62,525 nt of DNA from an uncultured Candidatus Saccharibacteria bacterium (GTDB lineage: Bacteria; Patescibacteriota; Minisyncoccia; Phycocordibacterales; PALSA-1337): assembly GCA_964481175.1 (NCBI GenBank), contig CAYZSZ010000002.1:1-62525 (forward strand), given 5' to 3'. The notes under the pieces were generated by a model. That model was not told where the DNA came from. It saw nothing but the letters and a program-made list of their open reading frames with translations, and searched no databases. The translations under genes were made by a program, and so were the position numbers. Shown here piece by piece: positions 9,186-19,669 of the stretch; the stretch's first letter is position 1, and the number at the start of each line of letters is the position of its first letter.

Positions 9186-11060
9186 ATGCTTAACTCTCAA
9201 CAAAAAGAAGCCAGCCTACACATGTATGGGCCCCTCCTTATTTTGGCTGGTGCGGGTGCCGGAAAGACCAAAACTATCGTCCATCGGATCGAAAATCTCA
9301 TAAAAGAAGGGACCGCACCCCAGCAGATACTCGCGATCACCTTTACCAACAAGGCAGCCAAAGAAATGCGTGAACGAGTACTCAGTATTTTGACTGATAA
9401 ACGAGAAGCACCCTTTGTTAGCACCTTTCACTCATTGGGTGTAAATATTTTGAAAGAACAGCACAAAGTTTTGGGTATACCACGCCACTTTGGCATATAC
9501 GACAAATCAGACGCAAAACGCGCAATCAAAGAAGCGGTCGAGGCATGCGATCTCGATCCAAAGCAGTTTGATCCAGCCAAATTTCAAAACACAATATCTC
9601 GTGAAAAAGGAAATTTTGTAACGTTGGAGCAGTATACTGAAAAGGCGAGCGAATACTTTGAAGAGCTTACCGCAAAAGTCTGGGCAAAATACGAAGAGAC
9701 ACTAAAAAAAGAAAAAGCATTTGATTTTGACGATCTTCTTTTGAAGACCGCAGTTCTTCTTCAGAAAAATAAAGAGGTGAGAGAGTACTATCAAAATCGT
9801 TGGAAATTTATCCATATCGATGAATATCAGGATACAAACAAAGTCCAATATATGATTGCGACACTACTATCAGAAAAAGAAAAAAATCTTTGTGTGGTGG
9901 GGGACATCGATCAAAATATTTACAGCTGGAGAGGAGCAGATATCCAAAATATTTTAAACTTTGAAAAAGATTATCCTGATGCAAAAGTGATCCTACTAGA
10001 GGAAAACTACCGCTCAACACAGCGGATTTTGGACGTTGCTAATGAGGTTATTAAAAAGAACAAGCAGCGCCGAGAGAAGAATCTGTTTACCAAAAATGAA
10101 GAGGGGGACAAAGTAACATTGTTTGAATCGTATGATGAAAACGAAGAAGCTCGCACTGTGATCGACGAAGCATATGCAGTGATTGAGAAAGGAGTTAAAC
10201 CGGATGAAATCGCAGTATTGTATCGTGCAAACTTTCAATCACGTATCCTCGAAGAATATTGTTTGCGAAAAGGAGTACCGTACCAAGTTTTGGGTACAAA
10301 ATTCTTTGAGCGAAAAGAGGTCAAAGATGTGATTTCATATATCAAAGCAGCACTCAATCCAGAAAACGTCAGCGACATGGTACGAGTGATCAACACTCCA
10401 GTCAGGGGGATCGGAAAGGTAACTGTGGCAAAAGTAGTAAATGGGGAAGAAGCGACGCTCCCAAAACTGACTCAAATAAAAGTTCAAGAGTTTAAAAACT
10501 TGTTAGCAAAGATAAAAGAGTTTGCTTTGCAAAACAAACCGTCAGACACAATCAAATTTATACTGTTTGAGTCTCGACTTGAAAAGACATTGCGTGACGG
10601 GACAGCTGATGACCAAGAACGACTCGAAAACATAAAAGAATTGGTAACCGTAGCAACCAAATACGACAACATGCCCCCCGAAGAGGCGATAGAAAAATTC
10701 CTCACAGAAGCAGCGCTTGCGAGCGATCAGGATGACTTACAGGTGCCACAAGCGGGGATCAAGCTCATGACCGTACACGCCTCAAAAGGACTGGAATTTG
10801 ATTATGTATTTATTGTAGGACTCGAACAAGGACTGTTCCCACATGATGAAGATGGGGAGGAGGAGCGACGGCTCTTTTATGTCGCCCTAACGCGAGCACG
10901 CAAGAAAATCTACTTGTCGTGGGCTCAAATCCGTACTATATTCGGAGCACAGAAAGTAAATATGGCTTCGGAATTCATCGATGATGTGCCGTCACATCAT
11001 ATCGATATCAAGGAAAATGAGGTGCCAACTGGGGTAAAAGCTATATTTATCGACTTTTAA
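9186..11060 (+). CDS. UvrD/PcrA-type ATP-dependent DNA helicase (short form)
   Basis: 624 aa. Helicase motifs AGAGAGKTKT, TFTNKAAKEM, IHIDEYQDTN, VGDIDQNIYSWRGA, YRS, MTVHASKGLEFD. Confidence 0.9.
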   Translation: MLNSQQKEASLHMYGPLLILAGAGAGKTKTIVHRIENLIKEGTAPQQILAITFTNKAAKEMRERVLSILTDKREAPFVSTFHSLGVNILKEQHKVLGIPRHFGIYDKSDAKRAIKEAVEACDLDPKQFDPAKFQNTISREKGNFVTLEQYTEKASEYFEELTAKVWAKYEETLKKEKAFDFDDLLLKTAVLLQKNKEVREYYQNRWKFIHIDEYQDTNKVQYMIATLLSEKEKNLCVVGDIDQNIYSWRGADIQNILNFEKDYPDAKVILLEENYRSTQRILDVANEVIKKNKQRREKNLFTKNEEGDKVTLFESYDENEEARTVIDEAYAVIEKGVKPDEIAVLYRANFQSRILEEYCLRKGVPYQVLGTKFFERKEVKDVISYIKAALNPENVSDMVRVINTPVRGIGKVTVAKVVNGEEATLPKLTQIKVQEFKNLLAKIKEFALQNKPSDTIKFILFESRLEKTLRDGTADDQERLENIKELVTVATKYDNMPPEEAIEKFLTEAALASDQDDLQVPQAGIKLMTVHASKGLEFDYVFIVGLEQGLFPHDEDGEEERRLFYVALTRARKKIYLSWAQIRTIFGAQKVNMASEFIDDVPSHHIDIKENEVPTGVKAIFIDF

Positions 11061-11061
11061 T

Positions 11062-11805
11062 ATGCGAGCTAAAAAAACTTTAGGCCAAAACTTTCTCTCA
11101 AACCCTGCTATCGCAGAGACTATTTTGCGTGCTGGAGAAGTCAAAAAAGGGGACAATATCCTTGAAGTAGGCCCTGGAATGGGTTTTTTGACTGATTTTC
11201 TAATAAAATCTGGTGCAAATGTCACCGCAGTAGAAAAAGACGACCGTCTCATATCCAGCTTAAAGGCAAAATTCCCTAGTTTAACCCTTATTCATGGCGA
11301 TATTTTGGAATATACCCACTCTGGAGACTACAAAATCATCGCAAACATCCCATATTACATTACAGGTGAGTTTTTTAGACGTTTTCTACAAGAAATCGCT
11401 CAACCAAGCCTCATGATCATCATGGTTCAAAAAGAAGTAGCCGAACGCATCGCTAGCGAAGAAAAAGAGAGTATCTTATCACTCAGTGTAAAGATATTTG
11501 GGGATCCAAAATACATCGAAACCATAAAAGCAGAAAATTTTGACCCAGTTCCAAAGGTAGATTCAGCAATTTTGGCAATTTATAACATAAAAAAACCGAC
11601 AGATATAAATCTGCAACGTTTTTTTGAGATTGTCCATGCTGGTTTTGCGCATAAACGCAAAGTGTTGATCAATAATTTAGAAAAAATTGCTCCAAAAGAG
11701 GTGCTCGAAAAAGTTTGGAATGAACTTTCACTAAATCCCAAAATCCGCGCTGAAGATATACACATTTTAACCTGGAAAAAGATCGCTCAAATGCTGAATT
11801 CTTGA
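11062..11805 (+). CDS. rsmA: 16S rRNA (adenine1518/1519-N6)-dimethyltransferase
   Basis: 247 aa. LGQNFL, EVGPGMGFLT and ANIPYYIT are KsgA signatures. Confidence 0.9.
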   Translation: MRAKKTLGQNFLSNPAIAETILRAGEVKKGDNILEVGPGMGFLTDFLIKSGANVTAVEKDDRLISSLKAKFPSLTLIHGDILEYTHSGDYKIIANIPYYITGEFFRRFLQEIAQPSLMIIMVQKEVAERIASEEKESILSLSVKIFGDPKYIETIKAENFDPVPKVDSAILAIYNIKKPTDINLQRFFEIVHAGFAHKRKVLINNLEKIAPKEVLEKVWNELSLNPKIRAEDIHILTWKKIAQMLNS

Positions 11806-11818
11806 TATAATTTCAAGG

Positions 11819-12712
11819 ATGATCCCTAGCAAAAAAGTATTTGCACTAATTCTCATTTCTGTATCTATTGTCACATGTGCTTTTATCCTTGCTGAGTATA
11901 AAAATAAAACCGAGGAAATCTCTACATACACCGCCCCAACCTCTACTGCAAACCTGGTCGCAGGAACTATCGATACTTACAAAGATTCTGATGGAGACGG
12001 TCTAAAAGACTGGGAAGAGGCTTTGTGGGGAACGGACCCGAAAGTAGCCGATGCTGCAAAAATAAATAAAAAAGAACCGCTAGCTGCAAAAAAACCAGAA
12101 AACCTGACAGCGACAGACAAGCTGGCTCGTTCTTTCTTTTCTCAGTACATGAACCTAAAAGAGGTGGGTTTGCAAAATGATAAAGACGTTCAGCAGAGAA
12201 CTGTTCAAAATTTGGTAGATACAAATATCCAACCAGTAACACCTCAGCAATATAGCGACGCATCAGTAAAGATTTCTCAACAAGCAACCATCCGTGACTA
12301 CGGCAATTCAATCGCTACAATCATAAAGACAAACACTCTTGCAAAAAGAAGTGAGATAAACATGTTGAGAGACGCACTTTCAACCGAAAACCCTCGTTTC
12401 ATAGAAGAACTGAAACCTTCAGTGCAAGGATACAAAAATATGACACGAGAGCTCATCAACCTCAACGTTCCTCCTGCTGCTGCGGGCGTACATCTACGAC
12501 TCATAAACGCAGTGAGTGGTATTTCTTTCGTAGTCGAAGCTTTTAGTAAAACATTTACTGATCCGGTGAGCTCTATCCAAGGTCTGGCGATCTTCCAAGC
12601 ATCATTCGATAAATTGGTAGCTTCATTTGTTGAAGTCGCCAAACTCCTCCAATCAAACAACGTTACCTACACGGCTGATGAGCCGGGGTATTTTTTCCTT
12701 AAAACACAATGA
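11819..12712 (+). CDS. membrane-anchored hypothetical protein (first gene of T4SS-like operon)
   Basis: 297 aa. N-terminal TM helix and a DSDGDGLKDWEE acidic (thrombospondin type 3-like) motif. Confidence 0.6.
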   Translation: MIPSKKVFALILISVSIVTCAFILAEYKNKTEEISTYTAPTSTANLVAGTIDTYKDSDGDGLKDWEEALWGTDPKVADAAKINKKEPLAAKKPENLTATDKLARSFFSQYMNLKEVGLQNDKDVQQRTVQNLVDTNIQPVTPQQYSDASVKISQQATIRDYGNSIATIIKTNTLAKRSEINMLRDALSTENPRFIEELKPSVQGYKNMTRELINLNVPPAAAGVHLRLINAVSGISFVVEAFSKTFTDPVSSIQGLAIFQASFDKLVASFVEVAKLLQSNNVTYTADEPGYFFLKTQ

Positions 12713-14298
12713 AAAAAATACTCTCGTCCATTTTCATACTAACGCTAACGATCGGGCTTTTACTCCCAAAAGTTTCTCATGCTCAATTAGCTGTAGAGGA
12801 CATACCCCTCACTGCAGTTGCTACATCGATCGCTACAGCTGTAGGTGTTACCGCCCAAGCAAATGAATCGCTTGTTTTGAAAGAGTTTTCTCTAGACCAG
12901 ATAGCTTACATGCTGGGCAAAATGGTGCTGAGAGAACTCACTACAAGTGTCGTGACCTGGATCAACAGCGGCTTTGATGGGAATCCTGCATTCGTCTCAA
13001 ACCCTGGAGAATTCTTCAAATCAATCGGAGACGAAGCCCTCGGCCAGATGATTATGAGCGACAAATATCTTGGTTTTTTGTGTAGTCCTTTTAGCATCGA
13101 CCTAAAATTACAACTAGCGTTTAAGTATCAACCGTTCCAAAAAAGAATCGCCTGTACCCTTACTGATGTGATTGCAAATGCTAGCGGCGCAATCGAAAAT
13201 GCATCTATCAACGGATTTACTGCTGGAGACTTTGCCCAAGGGAACTGGCCAGCATTCGTTGCAATGACCACTGAACCTCAGAACAATCTTTATGGCGCAT
13301 ACGTTCAAGCAGACTACGAACTCTCAGCTCGTATATCTACACTCGAAACCCAAAAACGAGATGAGCTAAATCAGGGCAGAGGATTCCTCTCATGGAGAAA
13401 ATGTAATAGTGACGCTGGGCAGCAAGCTGGGGAAGGTTTTGTCCAAGATGATCCAAACGATCCAAACCCAACACCTCGAAGCGAATATGCACAGAACCGA
13501 GAAGAAAACTGTGACGTGTACACTCCTGGTTCAGTAATCGCTGGTGTACTTGATGCAAACACTACCGGCCCACTACAAGAGCTTCATCTTGCAGATGAGC
13601 TAAACGAAATAGTAAACGCTCTTTTTGCACAGATGGTTAAACAAGTGCTCACCTCAGGACTTCGGGGACTATCTGGAAGTGGAGCGCGTGATCCAGAGTC
13701 ATACATCAATCAGCTACAAGAGCAGCAGGCAGCAACAAACGAACAATTGGTAGGCTTGAAAGACAAGATACTAAAGGGAATAGAACCGCTCATCATCAAA
13801 GAAACTGAGTATAAAACATACAAGGATCAGTCATTGAACAAATTACTCCAAACAAAAACAAAGCTGGACACTGCAAAGACCTGCTTTGTAAACAAGCTCG
13901 CAAATATCCCAGACTTAAACTCTAATCAAACTACCTTCGCACAAAGTAAAATAGGGGAGATCGAATCGGTAATTCAAATCAAAGTTTCACCAAAATCAAC
14001 AACGTTGTTGAGCGAGCTCACAGGCCAAGATTCGCTATTGAACTCTCTTCGAAAGATAAAGGCAGATGCAACGGCAGCTAAAACAGTAAACGAAATTGCT
14101 GGTGCTGCACAGCAGTACGGATCATATACAAGCAGTGCTGGGATCACTCACAATGCCTCAGATATCGACAGTGCAAAAACAGAGCGAGATCGTATACTTA
14201 CTGATATGGCACCGGTCGATCAGCAAGCGGATCGCTTTATGCAGCAATGCGTGATATTCCCGGTTATGAGTGCAGCCGACTCAGGTAGAGTACGATAA
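12709..14298 (+). CDS. secreted hypothetical protein (T4SS-like operon)
   Basis: 529 aa. Signal peptide MKKILSSIFILTLTIGLLLPKVSHA. ATGA overlap with the upstream gene. Confidence 0.6.
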   Translation: MKKILSSIFILTLTIGLLLPKVSHAQLAVEDIPLTAVATSIATAVGVTAQANESLVLKEFSLDQIAYMLGKMVLRELTTSVVTWINSGFDGNPAFVSNPGEFFKSIGDEALGQMIMSDKYLGFLCSPFSIDLKLQLAFKYQPFQKRIACTLTDVIANASGAIENASINGFTAGDFAQGNWPAFVAMTTEPQNNLYGAYVQADYELSARISTLETQKRDELNQGRGFLSWRKCNSDAGQQAGEGFVQDDPNDPNPTPRSEYAQNREENCDVYTPGSVIAGVLDANTTGPLQELHLADELNEIVNALFAQMVKQVLTSGLRGLSGSGARDPESYINQLQEQQAATNEQLVGLKDKILKGIEPLIIKETEYKTYKDQSLNKLLQTKTKLDTAKTCFVNKLANIPDLNSNQTTFAQSKIGEIESVIQIKVSPKSTTLLSELTGQDSLLNSLRKIKADATAAKTVNEIAGAAQQYGSYTSSAGITHNASDIDSAKTERDRILTDMAPVDQQADRFMQQCVIFPVMSAADSGRVR

Positions 14299-14300
14299 TA

Positions 14301-16163
14301 ATGAAAAAAATAATTGGAAACATCCTCATAGTAAGCGTCATCTTCTTTGGAGTAGGAAGCGCTTTTGCTGTACCAAAGGTAGCACAGGCTGCGTGTAGCA
14401 TTGGACCTGTCCATCCAGGAGATGGGCTCATCGACTGTGTAAATGAACTTGTTGTATCAGCACTAATGCCACTTGTGGGAAAATTCCTACAGCTATCTGC
14501 ATACTTGTTTGACCATGCACTCACACTCAACATGAACATTGCAAGCTTCCTGCAAAAATGTACAACAAAAGATTGTGCTACCTCACCTGTGGAAGTTGTT
14601 TGGAAACTGATCCGCGACATCTCCGGAATGTTTTTCATATTTATTTTGATATGGGCAAGTATCAAAATGATTCTCGGCGGATCAAACAGTAAAAGTGTTA
14701 TTGTTGGCGTAGTACTTGCTGGTCTATTGGTAAACTTTAGCTTATTTGCGACAAAACTAATTATCGACGCTTCAAACTCCCTAACACTTACCGTGTATAG
14801 TGCGATTACACCAAATTACAATCCGACAATTGCCCAAAGCCTTGGCTTTGGAGTCCATGAGACAAACAAGCAAATACCGGGAAGTGTTTCGTCTAAAGTG
14901 ATGGAAGTTGTACGCCTCCAGAGCCTTTATGCATCAACCCAAGAATCAGCAAAAAAGACTAACTTCAACATCACTTCAATTATTGCAACTGTGGGTGGAA
15001 TTGTACTCATGTTGGTGCTAGGACTTGCGTTTTTGTCAGCTGGTTTGATGTTTTTATGGAGGTTTATCATGCTTCTTGCGCTCATGGCGTTCTCCCCAAT
15101 ACCAGCACTCGCTCTCGCATTCCCACAACTACAATCAAAAAGCAAAGAGTTTACAAAAAAATTATTTGATCAGTGTCTATTTGCGCCGATATTTCTTTTC
15201 CTCATCTATCTTGCGCTCAAGGTGCTGACTGACCCTGCTTTCATTGCATTAGCAAATCCTTCAAAAAACACCTTCGCGAGCGTCTTTGCTGCCGGCGGTG
15301 CTATAGGCCCACTCGTACAATACTGCATAGTAGTGTTTATAATATACTTCGGACTTTTAACTGCAAAAAGTTTCGGTGCCAAAGGTGCTGACTTTGGAAT
15401 AAGTGGTATCAATTGGTTGAGTAAACTGGGCATGGGGGCAGTCAAGGGGGTTCCAGGTTTTGCTGGGCAACACACACTTGGTCGTGCTGCAAAAGGAATT
15501 GCTGGATCAGAAACATTCAAGAACATCGCTGCATGGAATCCCGATTTAGGTGTTCTTGCTTCAAGTGGTCTCAAAAAAGTATCGGGTGCCACTTTTGGGG
15601 GCACAAAAGGTGGCTACGATGACCGTGTAAAGAAATATGTAAAAGCAAGAACTGAATTGGCAAAGAAATTGGAATTGCCAAAAGACAAGGTAAAGGAAGA
15701 GATGGACGCCATAACTGACCTAAATAAAGAACAATTGCAGAATATTTCTTTAGAGATATCTAGAAAACAGGCTGAACTCAAGAATTTTGTTCGACAAGAG
15801 GTACAAGATGGTTTTGTTGTTGATGTTGAGGACAATTCTCCAGCCGCAAAGAAAAGAGCAAAAGAATTACGAGATGAAATTGCCTCTCTTGCGAAAGAAA
15901 GTACTGAAATAGAAAGTAAGTTCAATAAAGAGAAAGGGGATCTCGAAAAAAATATCAAGAATTCTAGAATCGCTAAATTTAGAGACAAACTTAAATATAG
16001 TTGGAACCCGATCACAGGCAAAGCTGACGATGAAGCTGCAAAGGAAATCGAAAAAGCTATTAATAAAAAGAAGGGAGATAAGCTTATTGAAGACTTAGCA
16101 AAAGAACTGAAAGGTGATGGAGATGATAAAAAAGACGGCGATAAAGATACAAAGACAGCCTAA
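14301..16163 (+). CDS. polytopic membrane protein, VirB6/TrbL-like, with K/E-rich coiled-coil tail
   Basis: 620 aa. A signal peptide is followed by at least six hydrophobic helices. The C-terminal roughly 170 aa are lysine/glutamate-rich. The position next to PrgI-like and VirB4-like genes supports the call. Confidence 0.5.
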   Translation: MKKIIGNILIVSVIFFGVGSAFAVPKVAQAACSIGPVHPGDGLIDCVNELVVSALMPLVGKFLQLSAYLFDHALTLNMNIASFLQKCTTKDCATSPVEVVWKLIRDISGMFFIFILIWASIKMILGGSNSKSVIVGVVLAGLLVNFSLFATKLIIDASNSLTLTVYSAITPNYNPTIAQSLGFGVHETNKQIPGSVSSKVMEVVRLQSLYASTQESAKKTNFNITSIIATVGGIVLMLVLGLAFLSAGLMFLWRFIMLLALMAFSPIPALALAFPQLQSKSKEFTKKLFDQCLFAPIFLFLIYLALKVLTDPAFIALANPSKNTFASVFAAGGAIGPLVQYCIVVFIIYFGLLTAKSFGAKGADFGISGINWLSKLGMGAVKGVPGFAGQHTLGRAAKGIAGSETFKNIAAWNPDLGVLASSGLKKVSGATFGGTKGGYDDRVKKYVKARTELAKKLELPKDKVKEEMDAITDLNKEQLQNISLEISRKQAELKNFVRQEVQDGFVVDVEDNSPAAKKRAKELRDEIASLAKESTEIESKFNKEKGDLEKNIKNSRIAKFRDKLKYSWNPITGKADDEAAKEIEKAINKKKGDKLIEDLAKELKGDGDDKKDGDKDTKTA

Positions 16164-16168
16164 ACTAT

Positions 16169-16747
16169 ATGGAAACAGACGCAATTAAAAAACAACTAAA
16201 CACTCTTCCGAAAGAATACCGAGCGGCACTAGCCACTTTGGATTTACCTCTTCACCTACAAAACATCTCAAAATCTGCCAACCTACATATCGATCAGATG
16301 GCGGAACTAGAAGTTGAAATCACGCTGGCACTCATTGGAATCCGCTCTTCAGATGAATTTGCGGAGAATGTTCAAGAAAAGCTCAATCTAACTGATGATG
16401 AGGCGATCAATCTCACTGAAAAAGTAAACGAAGAGATTTTTATCCCACTGAGAGCTGCTCTACAGAAACAAAATCAGGAACCCGAACATCACCTCGAAAC
16501 TCCAGACGAAATCCTCAAACACATAGAGGATGGGGGACTAGAACTACCGTCAGTCACTCCACCAGCACCGCCTGTCGAAAAACCTGCACCAGCTCCAGCT
16601 CCTGCACCAGCTCCAACGCCCGTAGTAGAAGAGTCAAAAGATCTGACCGAACATCTATTGAAAAACACAGTTGCTTCACCGCATATTGAGGAGACAAAAG
16701 TGGAAAAGAAGTACAATATTGACCCATATCGCGAACCGATTATGTAA
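16169..16747 (+). CDS. hypothetical protein with Pro/Ala-rich linker (T4SS-like operon)
   Basis: 192 aa. It contains PPAPPVEKPAPAPAPAPAPTP, encoded by the nucleotide repeat CCTGCACCAGCTCCA x2. Confidence 0.55.
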   Translation: METDAIKKQLNTLPKEYRAALATLDLPLHLQNISKSANLHIDQMAELEVEITLALIGIRSSDEFAENVQEKLNLTDDEAINLTEKVNEEIFIPLRAALQKQNQEPEHHLETPDEILKHIEDGGLELPSVTPPAPPVEKPAPAPAPAPAPTPVVEESKDLTEHLLKNTVASPHIEETKVEKKYNIDPYREPIM

Positions 16748-16770
16748 AAGGTGCATGCTATAATAGTGTC

Positions 16771-17202
16771 ATGCGTTTTCAAGTACCACAGTTCATCGAA
16801 GTTGAGGACAAGATCTTTGGCCCACTCACCGCCAAACAGTTTATCTATCTCGCTGGAGGAGCTGGTCTATCTTTTGTTATATATAGAGTATTACCGCTAC
16901 CTTTTATCATAAAAGTAATACCAGTTACCCTTGTCCTCGGTTTTGCTGTAGCTCTCGCATTTGGCAGAGTACACCAGCGTTTCCCATTCATATATATAGT
17001 AGAGGCGGCATTTAAGTATTTTACAGGTCCAAAGCTCTATATTTGGAAAAAAATGGACAAAACCCCAGCACACCAGACAGCAAGCGAGGCACAGCAATAC
17101 GCATCTATCCTGGTTCCAAAGATATCAAATAGCAAGCTCAAAGACCTTACTTGGAGCTTGGATATAAAAGAGAGTATATACTCAGACAAGAATCAAAGGT
17201 AA
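16771..17202 (+). CDS. PrgI-family (VirB3-like) membrane protein
   Basis: 143 aa. The MRFQVPQFIEVEDKIFGPLTAKQFIYLAGG start followed by two TM helices is the PrgI-family pattern. Confidence 0.7.
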   Translation: MRFQVPQFIEVEDKIFGPLTAKQFIYLAGGAGLSFVIYRVLPLPFIIKVIPVTLVLGFAVALAFGRVHQRFPFIYIVEAAFKYFTGPKLYIWKKMDKTPAHQTASEAQQYASILVPKISNSKLKDLTWSLDIKESIYSDKNQR

Positions 17203-17211
17203 AATACATAC

Positions 17212-17853
17212 ATGGCAGCACCTTCATCAAAAACAACCCAAGAGTTTGTACCCATCCAAGAAATCCGCGACGGAATCGTTATTCTTCGCGATGGATCTAT
17301 GAGAGCGATCATCCTCGCATCTTCACTTAACTTTGCATTGAAATCACAAGACGAACAGAACTCTATCATTTTTCAATTCCAAAATTTCATCAACTCACTC
17401 GACTTTTCTGTACAGATGTTTATCCAATCTCGAAAGCTCGACATCAGACCATACACCACACTCCTCGAAGGACTCTACAAAGAACAAGTAAATGACTTGA
17501 TGAAAATACAAACTCGAGAATACATCGAGTTCATCAAAACCTTCGTTGAAAACACAAACATCATGTCAAAGAGTTTCTTTGTTGTCATTCCATACACACC
17601 TCCGATCCTCGCAGCAGGGGAGTCTCCGATATCAAAGATCTTTGGTAAAAAGAAAAAAGAGCCCGCAATGATGGGTAATACCCAAGCATTTGAAGAAAAT
17701 CGCAGCCAGCTTGAGCAGCGCATCGGTGTCGTAGAACAGGGGTTAGTGCGCTGTGGTGTTCGCGTGGCCCAGCTAGGAACAGAGGAGGTGGTTGAGCTGT
17801 TTTATAAGATATTTAACCCAGGTGATACCGAAAAACCTATCCAGGTAAATTAA
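17212..17853 (+). CDS. hypothetical protein coupled to VirB4-like ATPase
   Basis: 213 aa, with a 4-nt gap to the VirB4-like gene. The N-terminus is EFVPIQEIRDGIVILRDGSMRAII. I can name no family. Confidence 0.55.
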   Translation: MAAPSSKTTQEFVPIQEIRDGIVILRDGSMRAIILASSLNFALKSQDEQNSIIFQFQNFINSLDFSVQMFIQSRKLDIRPYTTLLEGLYKEQVNDLMKIQTREYIEFIKTFVENTNIMSKSFFVVIPYTPPILAAGESPISKIFGKKKKEPAMMGNTQAFEENRSQLEQRIGVVEQGLVRCGVRVAQLGTEEVVELFYKIFNPGDTEKPIQVN

Positions 17854-17857
17854 TAAT

Positions 17858-19669
17858 ATGGGATTCATCGACTTTTTAACAGGTAAAAAAGAAGAAAAGC
17901 CAGCAGTAGCATCCATACTACCGCAGGAAATATATGAAGCTGGTGTACTTGAGCTCAAAGACATCATTGCTCCATCTGCACTCAAAATCACCCCAAAAGA
18001 ACTCAACTTGGGAGAAAAAGTAGCGCGAACTTTCTTTGTCATTTCATACCCTCGTTTCCTTACCGAGTCTTGGTTTGCGCCTATCATCAACCTCGACAAG
18101 ATATTCAACATTTCAATATTCGTGCACCCAGTAGACACTGCAAAAGTATTACGACACTTCCAAAAGAAAGTAGCAGAGGTGCAAAGCCAGATCAATGACC
18201 GTGAAAGAAAAGGGCTCGTACGTGACCCAATGCTCGACACTGCCTACCAAGACCTCGAGAGCCTACGTGACAACCTCCTACAGGCCCAGGAAAAGATATT
18301 TGATGTGGGGGTATACATCACACTTTTTGCAGACAACGATACTGAGCTCGACAAAATAGAGTCAGAAGTAAAGTCGATTCTCGAAGCGAAACTAGTGTAT
18401 ATAAAACCAGCCTTATTCCAGCAGGAAGAGGGATACAAGAGCGTACTTCCAACAGGTACTGACTTGCTCGAAGTGCATTCAAAACTGAACTCATCACCAC
18501 TCTCAAGCCTCTTTCCATTCGTTTCATTTGACCTCACTTCAGACAAAGGTATTTTGTACGGAATAAATAGACACAACTCTTCACTAGTTTTGTTTGATCG
18601 ATTTCTTTTGGAAAACTATAACTCAGTAACATTCGCAAAGGCTGGATCTGGAAAATCATACACAACAAAGCTCGAAATTCTTCGTAGTTTGATGTTTGAT
18701 ACCGAGGTGATCGTGATCGACCCAGAACGAGAATACGAATATATGGCCGAGGCAACGGGAGGGAAGTACTTCAATATTTCACTTACTTCAGAGCACCACA
18801 TCAACCCATTTGACCTTCCGATGCCTCGAGAAGACGAAGCAGTATCTGACGTTTTGCGATCACACATCGTAAACCTAGTAGGACTATTTCGTATCATGCT
18901 TGGAGGGCTCTCACAGGAAGAAGATGCGATCATCGATCGTGCAATCACCGAAACTTACGCTCTAAAAGATATTACCGCAGAATCAAACTTCGCAAATGTT
19001 GAACCTCCACTCATGTCAGACTTTGAGCTAGTGCTTGCAGGTATGGAAGGTGCTGACTCACTTGTACAACGACTCACAAAGTATACAAAGGGAACATGGT
19101 CAGGCTTTATCAACCGCCCTACAAACGTCGATATCAACAAAAAATTCGTCGTATTCTCACTTCGAGACATGGAAGACGAGCTCAAACCAGTAGCGATGTA
19201 TATCGTCACCCATTACATCTGGAGCGCCGTGCGCAAGAATCTAAAGAAAAGACTGCTCGTAATCGATGAGGCATGGTGGATGATGAAATCAGAAGATACG
19301 GCTTCATTCCTACTCGGTTTGGCAAAGCGAGGACGAAAATACTTCCTCGGTTTGGCGACCATCACTCAGGACGTCGACGACTTCCTCAAGTCTCCATACG
19401 GACTACCGATCATCACAAACTCTTCGATTCAGATGCTTATGAAGCAATCGGCTTCTTCAATGGATATTATCCAGCGTACATTCAACCTTACAGACGAAGA
19501 AAAATATTTACTTCTTGAATCAGATGTAGGAGAGGGAATATTCTTCGTCGGTATGAAACACGTCGCAATCAAAGTAATCGCTTCTTATACTGAGGACCAG
19601 ATCATCACTACCAACCCTTCACAAATCCTAGAAATCAAACGAGCAAAAGCCGAGCTCGAACAACAATGA
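17858..19669 (+). CDS. VirB4/TrbE-family type IV secretion ATPase
   Basis: 603 aa. Walker A KAGSGKSYTTK and Walker B RLLVIDEAWWM. The N-terminal region (FFVISYPRFL..) resembles Gram-positive VirB4 homologues. Confidence 0.8.
   Translation: MGFIDFLTGKKEEKPAVASILPQEIYEAGVLELKDIIAPSALKITPKELNLGEKVARTFFVISYPRFLTESWFAPIINLDKIFNISIFVHPVDTAKVLRHFQKKVAEVQSQINDRERKGLVRDPMLDTAYQDLESLRDNLLQAQEKIFDVGVYITLFADNDTELDKIESEVKSILEAKLVYIKPALFQQEEGYKSVLPTGTDLLEVHSKLNSSPLSSLFPFVSFDLTSDKGILYGINRHNSSLVLFDRFLLENYNSVTFAKAGSGKSYTTKLEILRSLMFDTEVIVIDPEREYEYMAEATGGKYFNISLTSEHHINPFDLPMPREDEAVSDVLRSHIVNLVGLFRIMLGGLSQEEDAIIDRAITETYALKDITAESNFANVEPPLMSDFELVLAGMEGADSLVQRLTKYTKGTWSGFINRPTNVDINKKFVVFSLRDMEDELKPVAMYIVTHYIWSAVRKNLKKRLLVIDEAWWMMKSEDTASFLLGLAKRGRKYFLGLATITQDVDDFLKSPYGLPIITNSSIQMLMKQSASSMDIIQRTFNLTDEEKYLLLESDVGEGIFFVGMKHVAIKVIASYTEDQIITTNPSQILEIKRAKAELEQQ

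Noticed and set aside
16560-16625. A short tandem nucleotide repeat (CCTGCACCAGCTCCA x2) that might look like a repeat array.
   Set aside because: It lies inside an ORF and simply encodes a Pro/Ala linker (PAPAPAPAPAP). It is not a CRISPR or a non-coding repeat. I saw no CRISPR-like array anywhere in the window.
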